Positions 57,813 through 57,887 of a stretch of DNA of 57,887 nucleotides are shown here, in pieces. How positions within the stretch are numbered: the first letter of the stretch is position 1; every line of letters begins with the position of its first letter. The notes below the pieces were generated by a model, which ran no database searches, was not told the DNA's origin, and was given only the letters and a program-made list of their open reading frames with translations. Where the stretch lies: positions 1-57,887 of the forward strand of contig JANNMM010000069.1 in NCBI GenBank assembly GCA_031397915.1. The letters run 5' to 3'. The DNA is from Rhodoferax sp. Its GTDB lineage: Bacteria > Pseudomonadota > Gammaproteobacteria > Burkholderiales > Burkholderiaceae_C. The position numbers were made by a program, and so were the translations under genes.

Positions 57813-57887
57813 ATGAATCGCCGCCGCCTCATCAACTCCTGTCTCGCCATGCCCCTGGTCCATTTGCCGCTAACCGCTTTTGCCCAC
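57813..57887 (+). CDS. 5' end of a gene for an exported protein (truncated by the window edge)
   Basis: ATG 57813 preceded by AAGGAG (57800-57805); MNRRRLINSCLAMPLVHLPLTAFAH looks like a signal peptide. Confidence 0.5.
   Translation, partial: MNRRRLINSCLAMPLVHLPLTAFAH

Overview
High-GC betaproteobacterial chromosome, with Burkholderiales/Comamonadaceae-like gene content (Bug/TctCBA transporter, hpnCDE, FimV-like protein). It is mostly core genes: uvrC, pgsA, hupB-tRNA(Val)-ppiD, a CoA-transferase next to tctCBA, an acyl-CoA ligase, and a sigma-54 activator with a LivKGFHM-type ABC operon plus hydrolase. It continues with hemH, hpnCDE (squalene synthesis), an MFP/RND efflux pair, tig-clpP-clpX-lon, a tRNA Gly-Cys-Leu cluster, a minus-strand beta-oxidation-like cluster, a FimV-like protein, lexA and an asparaginase. 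The one clearly accessory segment is a ~4.7-kb integrative element in the 3' end of tRNA-His (7427-12167). It is bounded by a 19-bp direct repeat and has matching tandem TGTGGGTGCA repeats inside both ends. It encodes a tyrosine integrase, a serine recombinase, a ParB/Srx-like HTH protein and two orphans, and is the best candidate for an undescribed module. Other unexplained structure: four copies of the palindrome TGTTAACA at a 12-bp period (27106-27149); the same 16-mer recurring in a ~190-bp AT-rich stretch of nested inverted repeats (44535-44722); a membrane-anchored Mrr-like gene coupled to tctA; a kinase/acyl-CoA dehydrogenase pair resembling LvaA/LvaC; and an orphan gene downstream of lexA. 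All calls come from reading the ORF track and the sequence by eye. No database search or numerical composition analysis was run.
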